A stretch of 36,185 nucleotides of DNA from Parcubacteria group bacterium (lineage in GTDB: Bacteria; Patescibacteriota; Minisyncoccia; Minisyncoccales; JAQTPW01): the NCBI GenBank assembly GCA_043813215.1, contig JBDRLH010000015.1, positions 1 to 36,185 of the forward strand, read 5' to 3'. The notes below the pieces were generated by a model. That model ran no database searches. It saw nothing but the letters and a program-made list of their open reading frames with translations, and was not told the origin of the DNA. The translations under genes were made by a program, and so were the position numbers. Position 1 is the first letter of the stretch. Each line of letters opens with the position of its first letter. This document shows, piece by piece, positions 26,650 through 34,719 of the stretch.

Positions 26650-26760
26650 TTACCGACCCATACTTATCTTAACTTCATTAATCTGGTCGCGAAGTTTTTT
26701 AGCTTTTACTCCGGCAGCTTCGGCAAAATCTTCGCCTTTTGAGGCAAAAATAATGCCCCT
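26650..26760 (-). pseudogene. pyrF: 3' remnant of orotidine-5'-phosphate decarboxylase
   Basis: Translates as RGIIFASKGEDFAEAAGVKAKKLRDQINEVKISMGR*, matching the C-terminus of PyrF subfamily 2 (SSRGIIFAS.G.DFA.AA...A..L...IN). No in-frame start before the upstream stop at 26782-26784; directly precedes pyrE. Confidence 0.75.
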
Positions 26761-26890
26761 CCTTATAATTTTTTTTACTTCTTATAATCCATTTTCTATT
26801 GTTAAAGTTATACTCTCTCCTTTAATAAAAATAGGGGCTAAACCTCCTTTATTTTCTTTTTATCAAATTTCAAAACTATGTCAATTCAAG

Positions 26891-26919
26891 TTGATATGCT
26901 AAATAAATTGTGCTAAAAT
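26891..26919 (+). promoter_or_regulatory. tRNA operon promoter
   Basis: TTGATA, 17 nt, TAAAAT with TGn, 5 nt before the first tRNA. Confidence 0.7.
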
Positions 26920-26924
26920 GTTTT

Positions 26925-26997
26925 TGCGGGGTAGAGAACGGGTTATCTCGCGACTCTCATAAGGTCGAGAAGCTGGGTTCGAGTCCCACCCCCGCAA
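26925..26997 (+). tRNA. tRNA with CAT anticodon, initiator-like acceptor and D arms, atypical anticodon stem
   Basis: Cloverleaf: TGCGGGG/CCCCGCA, GAGA/TCTC, CGACT/GGTCG with loop CTCATAA, T loop TTCGAGT; CCA not encoded. Confidence 0.88.
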
Positions 26998-27088
26998 CAC
27001 ATACGAAATTACCCCGTGGTGAAAAAATGAGAACGAAGCGAACTAAAAAACCGAAAGTTTTTTGAGCAAGGAGTCGGGATAATTTCTT

Positions 27089-27161
27089 GCCGGCATAGCT
27101 CAGTGGTTAGAGCGAGCGCTTCATAAGCGTTAGGTCGTAGGTCCGAGTCCTACTGTCGGCA
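27089..27161 (+). tRNA. tRNA-Met(CAT), probably elongator (Ile2 not excluded)
   Basis: GCCGGCA/TGTCGGC, GCTC/GAGC, AGCGC/GCGTT with loop TTCATAA, GTAGG/CCTAC with loop TCCGAGT. Confidence 0.9.
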
Positions 27162-27177
27162 TCACGTAAAAAATTAT

Positions 27178-27253
27178 GGGCTGGTGGTGTAGCCCGGTCT
27201 AACACGCCTCCCTGTCACGGAGGAGATCACGGGTTCAAATCCCGTCCGGCCCG
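27178..27253 (+). tRNA. tRNA-Asp(GTC)
   Basis: GGGCTGG/CCGGCCC, CCTCC/GGAGG with loop CTGTCAC, T loop TTCAAAT, G73. Confidence 0.96.
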
Positions 27254-27256
27254 CAG

Positions 27257-27296
27257 AAACAAAAACATCCTGAGTCTAGAAGGATGTTTTGTTTTT
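27257..27296. terminator. Bidirectional terminator
   Basis: AAAACATCCT/AGGATGTTTT inverted repeat between convergent units. Confidence 0.8.
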
Positions 27297-27303
27297 AATT
27301 TAT

Positions 27304-27816
27304 CTATATTTCTTTTAAGTCAACTAGGGCTTTTTCATAAATCTCCATGACGCGCCTTGCCTCTTCTAAAGTTAATTTAAAATCAGGATCGTGGACTATA
27401 TTATTGCGAGTTTTATGAGCTTCCGAAACATCCGCCAAGTTGGGGATCGTAGATTCGGTCAGCTTTTCTAATCTTTCTCCCAAGGTCTCTCCGACAAAAC
27501 CTTCTTTTTTTAAAATATCGTCCAGTATCGAATCGGCTCCTGTGACCGCTAATTTATAATCTGATTCCAGGCCGGTATCTAGTTTTTGTTTTAATTTTTG
27601 CCATTGCCGATAAAGTTTTTTTTCTCCGTAAGGATGGAAGGTAAAAAATTCCTCCAAGTCCATTAATATCAGCCTTTTTAACCAGCTGGTATGAATCAGG
27701 GCAAAAACAATGAAACCGAAAAAAAAGGCAGAAATAATAATAAAAACAATCTTAATAATCAAAAGAATATTGTGGAAAGCGGGCGAATTTAAATATTGAC
27801 TTATTTCCGGAGGCAT
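27304..27816 (-). CDS. Membrane-anchored protein with a HEPN-like helical domain
   Basis: N-terminal TM helix (about aa 17-41); GETLGERL and RNNIVH (R-x4-H) in the C-terminal domain. Confidence 0.8.
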   Translation of the reverse strand: MPPEISQYLNSPAFHNILLIIKIVFIIISAFFFGFIVFALIHTSWLKRLILMDLEEFFTFHPYGEKKLYRQWQKLKQKLDTGLESDYKLAVTGADSILDDILKKEGFVGETLGERLEKLTESTIPNLADVSEAHKTRNNIVHDPDFKLTLEEARRVMEIYEKALVDLKEI

Positions 27817-27820
27817 AACT

Positions 27821-29236
27821 CTAATTTTTAATTTCTAAAAGATGGGCAATGTCAAAAATTTTATTTTCTTCAAATTTATTTGCGATAATCTGCAATCCGA
27901 CCGGTAATTGATTTATCATACCACATGGCAGGGAAATTGCAGGCAATCCGGCTAAATTGACGGAAATCGTGAAAATATCCGACAGATACATCTTCAAAGG
28001 ATCGTCAATTTTCTCACCAATTTTAAAAGCTGTCGTGGGCGAAACCGGGGTGAAAATAGCATCTACTTTTTCAAAGACCCTCTCAAAATCTTTTTTAATC
28101 AGCTCCCTGACTTTTTGAGCCCGCAAATAATATGCGTCGTAATAACCCGACGACAAAGTATAAGTGCCCAATATGATTCTTCTCCTGACCTCTGTACCGA
28201 AGCCTTTTTTCCGGCTTTTTAAATAAACGTCCAGCAAATTTTTGCCGTTTTCCGATAAGCCGTATTTTATTCCGTCATATCTTGCTAAATTTGCCGAAAC
28301 TTCAGCCGGCATAATAATATAATATGTCGCCAGGGCGTATTCGGTATGGGGCAGACTGATTTCCTCAATTTTTACCCCCATATCTTCATATTTTTTAATT
28401 GCCTGCTTGATAATTTTTTCAACCTCTGGGTCTATCCCCTCAATAAAATACTCTTTGGGTACGCCAATTCGTAAATTTTGATTTTTGATTTTTGAATTTT
28501 GAATTTCAGATTCAACCGAAGTTGAATCTAGCGGGTCTTTGCCTTTTATGGCGTCAAAAATCAACTGGCAGTCCTCAGCTGTTTTGGCTATCGGCCCTAT
28601 CTGATCCAGCGACGAAGCCATAGCCATTAACCCGTATCTGGAAACCGCCCCATAAGTCGGTTTTAGCCCGACTACGCCGCAAAACGAGGCTGGCTGGCGA
28701 ACAGAGCCTCCGGTATCCGATCCCAGGGAAAAAGGGCAAAAACCGGCCGCTACAGCCGCCGCAGACCCTCCGGAAGACCCTCCCGGCACCCTTTCTAAAT
28801 CGTGAGGATTTTTGGTAATCTGGTAAGCCGAATTTTCAGTAGAACTGCCCATGGCAAATTCATCCTGATTGGTTTTACCCAGAATTACCGCACCCTGCTC
28901 TTTTAATTTTTTTACAACGGTTGCGTCATAAGGGGCTGTATAATTTTCCAGAATTTTTGAGGCAGCCGTACACTTTATGCCTTCAACTAAGATATTATCT
29001 TTTACGGCACATGGCACGCCCGCTAAAATTGGCTGGCATTCTCCTTTTGCTATTTTCTCGTCAACTTCTTTTGCTTGGGACAAGGCCAAATCTTCCGTTA
29101 TATTTAAAAACGCGAATATTTCTTTATTCTCTTTTTTTATTTTATTCAAATAATTCTGGCAAATTTCAACGGCGGAAAATTCTTTTTTTGCCAAACCTTG
29201 GTTGATTTTTTTAATTGTTAATTCTTTTAATTCCAT
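27821..29236 (-). CDS. gatA: Asp-tRNA(Asn)/Glu-tRNA(Gln) amidotransferase subunit A
   Basis: Amidase signature: [37 protein letters not shown]. Confidence 0.98.
   Translation of the reverse strand: MELKELTIKKINQGLAKKEFSAVEICQNYLNKIKKENKEIFAFLNITEDLALSQAKEVDEKIAKGECQPILAGVPCAVKDNILVEGIKCTAASKILENYTAPYDATVVKKLKEQGAVILGKTNQDEFAMGSSTENSAYQITKNPHDLERVPGGSSGGSAAAVAAGFCPFSLGSDTGGSVRQPASFCGVVGLKPTYGAVSRYGLMAMASSLDQIGPIAKTAEDCQLIFDAIKGKDPLDSTSVESEIQNSKIKNQNLRIGVPKEYFIEGIDPEVEKIIKQAIKKYEDMGVKIEEISLPHTEYALATYYIIMPAEVSANLARYDGIKYGLSENGKNLLDVYLKSRKKGFGTEVRRRIILGTYTLSSGYYDAYYLRAQKVRELIKKDFERVFEKVDAIFTPVSPTTAFKIGEKIDDPLKMYLSDIFTISVNLAGLPAISLPCGMINQLPVGLQIIANKFEENKIFDIAHLLEIKN
28476..28510. repeat. 7-nt tandem repeat within gatA (encodes [11 protein letters not shown])
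   Basis: ttttgat ttttgat ttttgaa ttttgaa tttcaga. Confidence 0.75.
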
Positions 29237-29247
29237 AAATGTTTATT

Positions 29248-29276
29248 TTGACAATGCGTTCTATTTATCTTATGCT
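29248..29276 (+). promoter_or_regulatory. Promoter of the antisense micro-ORF unit
   Basis: TTGACA, 17 nt, TATGCT. Confidence 0.75.
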
Positions 29277-29333
29277 AAAAGTGGTTCTTTTCTTCTATTT
29301 TTGTCTTAGATAAGGAGAAAAGGAGGTAGCCAA

Positions 29334-29357
29334 ATGTTGCTTCTCTGGTTTCTCTAA
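29334..29357 (+). CDS. Putative micropeptide 1, MLLLWFL
   Basis: Perfect SD AGGAGGT (29321-29327) 6 nt before ATG; TAA stop. Confidence 0.5.
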   Translation: MLLLWFL

Positions 29358-29440
29358 ATTCCTTCACTACTATATCGTGTCTCCAGCAAAGAAGCGATAT
29401 AGTCCCTTTAAAGGTAATATTTAAAAGGAGGTATGGCCTT

Positions 29441-29467
29441 ATGAAAGTACTAAAGTCCCTGAAGTAG
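29441..29467 (+). CDS. Putative micropeptide 2, MKVLKSLK
   Basis: Perfect SD AGGAGGT (29426-29432) 8 nt before ATG; TAG stop. Confidence 0.5.
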   Translation: MKVLKSLK

Positions 29468-29516
29468 CAGCACCCTAGACGACGCCTCAGTCTTAAAATG
29501 AGGGCAAATGTCGAGC

Positions 29517-29553
29517 GAGGCTCTTTCTGATCTTCAGAAGAGCCTCTTTTTTT
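29517..29553 (+). terminator. Intrinsic terminator closing the micro-ORF unit
   Basis: GAGGCTCT-T-TCTGA/TCAGA-AGAGCCTC stem followed by T7; T tract on the + strand only. Confidence 0.85.
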
Positions 29554-29556
29554 ATT

Positions 29557-29835
29557 TTAAAAAACCGATTTTACTTTTAAAAATCCGTCTTTTTTATCGG
29601 GCGCCGAATCTAAAAGATTTTTATTGCCAAGCGGCTTTGCCTCATCTTTTCTGCTGACGTTTTCAATTGTTATGGCATGGTCGGCCGATTCTGCTTTGGA
29701 AATATCAACTTCTTTTAATTTTTCAACGTAACTCAAAACGGCAGAGAGTTCTTTTTGGAACCTCTCTGTCTCCTTATCATCCAATCCCAACCTGGCAAGC
29801 TTAGCAATGTGTTTTACTTCTTCTTTTGATATCAT
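29557..29835 (-). CDS. gatC: Amidotransferase subunit C
   Basis: MISKEEVKHIAKLARL...APDKKDGFLKV. Confidence 0.95.
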   Translation of the reverse strand: MISKEEVKHIAKLARLGLDDKETERFQKELSAVLSYVEKLKEVDISKAESADHAITIENVSRKDEAKPLGNKNLLDSAPDKKDGFLKVKSVF

Positions 29836-29836
29836 A

Positions 29837-30904
29837 TTATTTTGGGGGTTCCAGCTCTGCGGTTTCAACCAGCACGTCTTCTAATTCGTCTAAATTCTCT
29901 AGGACCATGCCCGCTCCCCTGACTACCGCGGTCATCGGATCTTCAATTATTTTTGTCGGTATTTTTGTTTCTTTGCCGACCAGAACATTTAAGCCGCGCA
30001 GTAAAGACCCTCCGCCTGCAAAATAAATGCCCGAAGCCATGATGTCGGCCAAGAGCTCGGGCGGACTCTCTTCTACCGCGGTTTTAATCTCGGCGACTAT
30101 CCTTTTTACCGATTTTTCCATGGCCCTCCTGATATCGTCATCGGAAACCAGTATCTCTTCGGGCAAACCCGTTACCAGATTTCTGCCCCTCATAGGAAGC
30201 TCTCTTTTTTCCTTTAGCGGATAAGCCGAACCAATGCCTATTTTTATAGCTTCGGCCGTCCGCTCACCTATTAAAAGCTTATATTCTTCCTGAGCAAACT
30301 GGATAATGTCTTCATTAAGCTTGTCGCCGGCGATTCTTAAGCTTTTTGACAAAACAATCCCACCCAAAGAAATGATGGCGATTTCTGTTGTCCCGCCGCC
30401 GATGTCAACGATAAAGTTTCCGCCGGCTTCTTGAATCGGGAGCCGGGATCCTATAGCCGCTGCCATGGGTTCTTCAATCAAAAAAACCTCTCTGGCTCCG
30501 GCAGATTTGCCCGCATCAATGACTGCTTTTTTTTCAACCTCGGTTACTCCGGAAGGAATGCCTATTATCACCCGAGGCCTCGGAGCCAAAAAAAATTTTC
30601 TCTTCTGGGCTTTTTCAATAAAATATTTAAGCATTTGTTCTGTCGCTTCAAAGTCGGATATTACGCCGTTGCGCAAAGGTCTTGTAGCAATTATATGAGA
30701 TGGCGTCCTGCCGACCATCTTTTTTGCTTCCTCGCCTATAGCCAAAATCTGGCCGGTTTTTTGGTTAATGGCCACCACACTTGGCTCCTGGATGACAATT
30801 CCCCTGCCCCCGACATAAACTTCGGAGTTTGCCGTCCCCAGGTCAATGGCGATATCTTCAGAAAATATTTTCCAAACCTTATTTAATATATTTTTCGATT
30901 TCAT
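29837..30904 (-). CDS. mreB: Rod shape-determining protein MreB (copy 1)
   Basis: IDLGTAN, EPSVVA, IEEPMAAAIG, VDIGGGTT, AGGGSLL. Confidence 0.96.
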   Translation of the reverse strand: MKSKNILNKVWKIFSEDIAIDLGTANSEVYVGGRGIVIQEPSVVAINQKTGQILAIGEEAKKMVGRTPSHIIATRPLRNGVISDFEATEQMLKYFIEKAQKRKFFLAPRPRVIIGIPSGVTEVEKKAVIDAGKSAGAREVFLIEEPMAAAIGSRLPIQEAGGNFIVDIGGGTTEIAIISLGGIVLSKSLRIAGDKLNEDIIQFAQEEYKLLIGERTAEAIKIGIGSAYPLKEKRELPMRGRNLVTGLPEEILVSDDDIRRAMEKSVKRIVAEIKTAVEESPPELLADIMASGIYFAGGGSLLRGLNVLVGKETKIPTKIIEDPMTAVVRGAGMVLENLDELEDVLVETAELEPPK

Positions 30905-32108
30905 TAATTTTTATCAATTTGGTTTCTTTGCTGTTTCTTTTTTTTATTTCAACCGATTTTTCCGCCAAGGTCTTTTCCGAAACGACTATTCTTTCGGGAA
31001 TTCCGATAAGATCGCAGTCGGCAAACTTTTCTCCGGCTGTTTTATCTTCCCTGTCGTCAAATAAAACTTCTTTGCCGGCTTCCGTCAGCTCTTTGTAAAT
31101 TTTTTCCGCAGCCTCGTTTTGCCCCAGGCTTATTAAGTGGGATCGGAAAGGAGCGATTGACTCGGGCCAAATGATACCATTTTCATCGTGATGAACTTCC
31201 ACTATTGTCCCCATCAGGCGCGACAAGCCAATCCCATAACAACCCATCAAAACTGCTTGTTCTTTACCGTCTTTGTCTTTAACCGATAAATCAAACGGTT
31301 TGGAATATTTATTCATCAGCTTAAAAATATTTCCCACTTCTATTGATTTTTTTTCTTCGAAATCTTTGCCTTGGCAATTTGGGCAGATTTTCACTTCGCC
31401 GAATATCTCTCGGTTTATTGCCTGGCTGCACTTTTTGCAAACGTAAATTACATCTTCTCCCGCCTCTGAAACAGTCTGGAATTCATGAGAGTATTTGGAA
31501 AAAGAACCTCCCGAGGCAAAAGTCAGAAAAGTTTTTTCCGAAATCCCCGCTCTTTGGAAAATTTTAAGATAGGCTTCTTTGGCTTTTTCATAGTAATCAT
31601 TCAGATCGTCTTCGGTTAAATGGAAAGAATACAGATCCTTCATGATGAATTCCCGGCCACGAAGGAGACCGGACTTGGCCCTTAGTTCCATTCTGAATTT
31701 ATTCTGAATCTGGTAAACATAACAAGGCAAATCTTTATAAGATTTTATGTATTTTTCCACCAAGGGCACGACTATCTCTTCGTGGGTCGGCCCGAGAGCA
31801 AACTCCCGGTCGCTTGAATCTTTTAATTTGAACAAATCATCCATCGAATCCCATCTGCCCGTCGTCAGCCAGTTTTCTTTAGGATGCAGGGTCGGCATTA
31901 ATATTTCTTGGCCGCCTATTAAGTTCATCTCTTGCCGAATAATATTTTCAATTTTTTCCATTACTCTTAAACCCAAAGGCAAGAAGGTATAAACTCCGGC
32001 CATTAGTTTATCTATAAAACCGGCTTTCAGTAAAAGCTTGGTATTGACAGAAATTTCATCTTTGGATACCTCTTTTTCAGTTTTTGTAAAAAGTTTTGAT
32101 TGCTGCAT
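30879..32108 (-). CDS. proS: Proline--tRNA ligase (short bacterial type, no INS editing domain)
   Basis: LGPTHEE, KFRMELR, RGREFIMKDLYSF, IEVGNIF, MGCYGIG. Confidence 0.95.
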   Translation of the reverse strand: MQQSKLFTKTEKEVSKDEISVNTKLLLKAGFIDKLMAGVYTFLPLGLRVMEKIENIIRQEMNLIGGQEILMPTLHPKENWLTTGRWDSMDDLFKLKDSSDREFALGPTHEEIVVPLVEKYIKSYKDLPCYVYQIQNKFRMELRAKSGLLRGREFIMKDLYSFHLTEDDLNDYYEKAKEAYLKIFQRAGISEKTFLTFASGGSFSKYSHEFQTVSEAGEDVIYVCKKCSQAINREIFGEVKICPNCQGKDFEEKKSIEVGNIFKLMNKYSKPFDLSVKDKDGKEQAVLMGCYGIGLSRLMGTIVEVHHDENGIIWPESIAPFRSHLISLGQNEAAEKIYKELTEAGKEVLFDDREDKTAGEKFADCDLIGIPERIVVSEKTLAEKSVEIKKRNSKETKLIKINEIEKYIK

Positions 32109-32113
32109 ATTTG

Positions 32114-33196
32114 TCAAAATAATTTTATCACATCTTTTACGGTGACAAAAATCATTAATAAGATTAACAGCCCGAAAAAGAATGTGGTCACATTTTGCTC
32201 AACTTTCTGGCTGACGGGTTTTCTTCTTATCGCCTCAATAACCAAAAATAGAAATTTTCCGCCGTCTACCGACGGAATGGGCAAAATGTTAAATATGGCT
32301 ATGTAAACGGCGACCATGCCGACAAACTGCAAAAAATAATTAACTCCCAATCTGCTTACCTGAGAAAACATAGAAACTATTCCGACAGGACCCGTCATCT
32401 CTACTCCTGAAGGCACCCCTTTTATAACATTTACTATCGCTCCGGCATATCCCCGAATTATCCTCTCTGTCATATTGACGGTAGCCAAAATCCCCTGCCA
32501 AGGCGCTTGCCACCAAGGATAAATTTTTGTCGCCACCCCGACCAAAGCTATTCCCAAAGGCCCTTCGCCCGAAGGCGGATTTGGCCTGGCCAATAAAGAA
32601 ACTTTAAAATCATCCCTGCCTCTTTCTATCGTCACGGTCAGCTCCTGGCCGAGATTGGCTTTGGTAAAATTTTGCAGATCTTCTACTTTATCAATTTTTT
32701 GTGCGTCATAACCCGGGCTCTTTATTTCGGTTATATTGTCCCCCGCCCTTAAGTCGGCTTGCTCGGCCGGAGAATCTTTGGCAACGGCCAATATCTGGAC
32801 CTTGGGATTGATAATACCTGAAATTTCATCATCAGAAATTGCGGTTGGCGCCCCCAAACCCATGACAATTGAAAAAAGAACGGCGGCAATTATCCAAAAA
32901 GATATTACGCCAGCCAAAACAATAATCATTCTCTGCCAAACCGGTTTTTTGAAAAAACTGGCCGAATCCTCCAAATGCTCTATTTCTCCGGGCATTTTGA
33001 CAAATGCGCCAAACGGCAAAAGATTCAGCGAATAAATAGTTTGGCCTATTTTTTTTCCGATTATTCTGGGCGGATAACCAATACCGAATTCCTCAACTTT
33101 GACGCCGAAATGCTTGGCCGCAATAAAATGCCCAAGTTCATGGAGAATAATCAAGCCGATTAAACTAAAAAAAGCCAAAATTACAGTTAATACCAT
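32114..33196 (-). CDS. rseP: Site-2 (M50) intramembrane metalloprotease with PDZ domain
   Basis: HELGH, PDZ (DSPAEQADL..GD.I), NILPIPSVDGG; next to frr and proS. Confidence 0.93.
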   Translation of the reverse strand: MVLTVILAFFSLIGLIILHELGHFIAAKHFGVKVEEFGIGYPPRIIGKKIGQTIYSLNLLPFGAFVKMPGEIEHLEDSASFFKKPVWQRMIIVLAGVISFWIIAAVLFSIVMGLGAPTAISDDEISGIINPKVQILAVAKDSPAEQADLRAGDNITEIKSPGYDAQKIDKVEDLQNFTKANLGQELTVTIERGRDDFKVSLLARPNPPSGEGPLGIALVGVATKIYPWWQAPWQGILATVNMTERIIRGYAGAIVNVIKGVPSGVEMTGPVGIVSMFSQVSRLGVNYFLQFVGMVAVYIAIFNILPIPSVDGGKFLFLVIEAIRRKPVSQKVEQNVTTFFFGLLILLMIFVTVKDVIKLF

Positions 33197-33243
33197 TGTT
33201 ATATTGTTGAAATTTTCTTAAACATATTAAATATTTTAACAAT

Positions 33244-33804
33244 CTACAGCTCTGTTTCTTTTTTCTTTTTTTCTCCCATTTCTTCAATTTTTTCGTTGTA
33301 ATAATCAACCAATTCTTGCAGTTCGTCTTTTGCCCTGAATTTGTCATCTTCCCGAATCTGACTCTCGCGAAAGCCAATTTGCACTTGACTCCAGGCCTCC
33401 TCTCTCCATTTCCTAATGGTTTTTCTCGTTTCTTCCTGTTTTTCCGAAATTAAACGTAAAAGCTCCTGGCGATAATCAGCCGTAATTGAAGGTAAATTTA
33501 TTCTGATTTGGTTCTGATCAACAATTGGATTTGACCCGATTCCGGTCCTTTCTAAGGCCGCGACTATGCCCGGAATATAAGAATTGTCCCAGGGCTGGAT
33601 CAAAATCATCCTGGCTTCAGGAATAGATATGGCTGCCAGTTGTTTTAGGGGAAATTTTTGCGAAAAACAATCAACGACAATATCTTCCACCAAAGCCGGC
33701 GTGGCTCGGCCCGTTCTGATTTTTCCCATTTCGCTGTTTAAAAAATTGACGGCTTTATCGCACTCTGGTTTTATTTTTTGAATAATTTCTTTATAATTTT
33801 CCAT
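33244..33804 (-). CDS. frr: Ribosome recycling factor
   Basis: IRTGRATP, IQPWD, helical C-terminus. Confidence 0.95.
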   Translation of the reverse strand: MENYKEIIQKIKPECDKAVNFLNSEMGKIRTGRATPALVEDIVVDCFSQKFPLKQLAAISIPEARMILIQPWDNSYIPGIVAALERTGIGSNPIVDQNQIRINLPSITADYRQELLRLISEKQEETRKTIRKWREEAWSQVQIGFRESQIREDDKFRAKDELQELVDYYNEKIEEMGEKKKKETEL

Positions 33805-33815
33805 AAAACTATTGG

Positions 33816-34694
33816 CTACATATCTGTTAATAATATCTCCAAAACTAATCTTTGATTTACATTTGTGGTTCTGGTTAAAAAAATGGCGGTTTGAATATTT
33901 TTTAAAATACTTTTTAATTGTAAAAAACTATATTCTTTTTTCGGAACGATCCATTTTTTTTGAAGATTAAGCTTAGAAAGCAATATGTTCCTGAAGCAAT
34001 TCAGCCAGATATCCAAAGTTTCTTTTTGGCTCTCTTCTTGTGAAAGATTTTTTGCGTACAAAAAACGTTTGCCCAGATCCGAATCTAAAATCGCGCTAAA
34101 TTCTTTTATTTTTGTTTTAAAATCCGATAATTTCTGGGGGTTCAAAAGAAAATCAATCGCCGCTCCCGGCCTGCCCATGGCAAGCTCCGAAATAATTTTT
34201 ATCTCTTTTTCCTGAACTTTTTTTGCTTTCAAATAGTTCTCTATTTCTGTTTTGGGCACCGGGAAAAATTTTATTTTCTGAGCTCTTGATCTGATTGTCG
34301 GCAAGATCTGACCGGGATATTCGCTTATTAAAATTATAACCGTATTGCCCTTCGGCTCCTCTAAGGTTTTTAAAAAACAATTCTGCGCTTCCTGATTCAT
34401 CAAATGAGCCCTGTCTATTACCGCGGCTTTTAAAAATCCCGAAAAAGATTTTAGCGACAGTTTCCAATTTAAATTCCTTATCTGGGAAATCTGGATTTCA
34501 TTTTCAGAGGGTTCCACAAAAACGACATCAGGATGCTTTAATGTATTTTCTCCAAAAAATAATTTTAAAAATTCGAAAGCGGCTGTTTTTTTGCCGAGTT
34601 TTTCCTCTCCGCAAAAAAGCATGGCATGGGGAATCTTATTTAATTTAACCATGCTTTGCAAGTTACGCCATTGTTTTTGATGACCAATTAACAT
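33816..34694 (-). CDS. holB: DNA polymerase III delta' subunit
   Basis: HAMLFCG..LGK, HPDV, AQNCFLKTLEEP, PTIRSR. Confidence 0.88.
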   Translation of the reverse strand: MLIGHQKQWRNLQSMVKLNKIPHAMLFCGEEKLGKKTAAFEFLKLFFGENTLKHPDVVFVEPSENEIQISQIRNLNWKLSLKSFSGFLKAAVIDRAHLMNQEAQNCFLKTLEEPKGNTVIILISEYPGQILPTIRSRAQKIKFFPVPKTEIENYLKAKKVQEKEIKIISELAMGRPGAAIDFLLNPQKLSDFKTKIKEFSAILDSDLGKRFLYAKNLSQEESQKETLDIWLNCFRNILLSKLNLQKKWIVPKKEYSFLQLKSILKNIQTAIFLTRTTNVNQRLVLEILLTDM

Positions 34695-34719
34695 AATGCG
34701 AAAGCGTTCGGATTATATT

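Noticed and set aside
29433-29444. Alternative micro-ORF ATG GCC TTA TGA
   Set aside because: Zero spacing from the SD; ATG 29441 has proper spacing.
29450-29475. SRP RNA helix 8 resemblance (AAGTCCCTGAAGTAGCAGC)
   Set aside because: No GNRA-capped stem and no CAGG/AGCAG internal loop can be formed.
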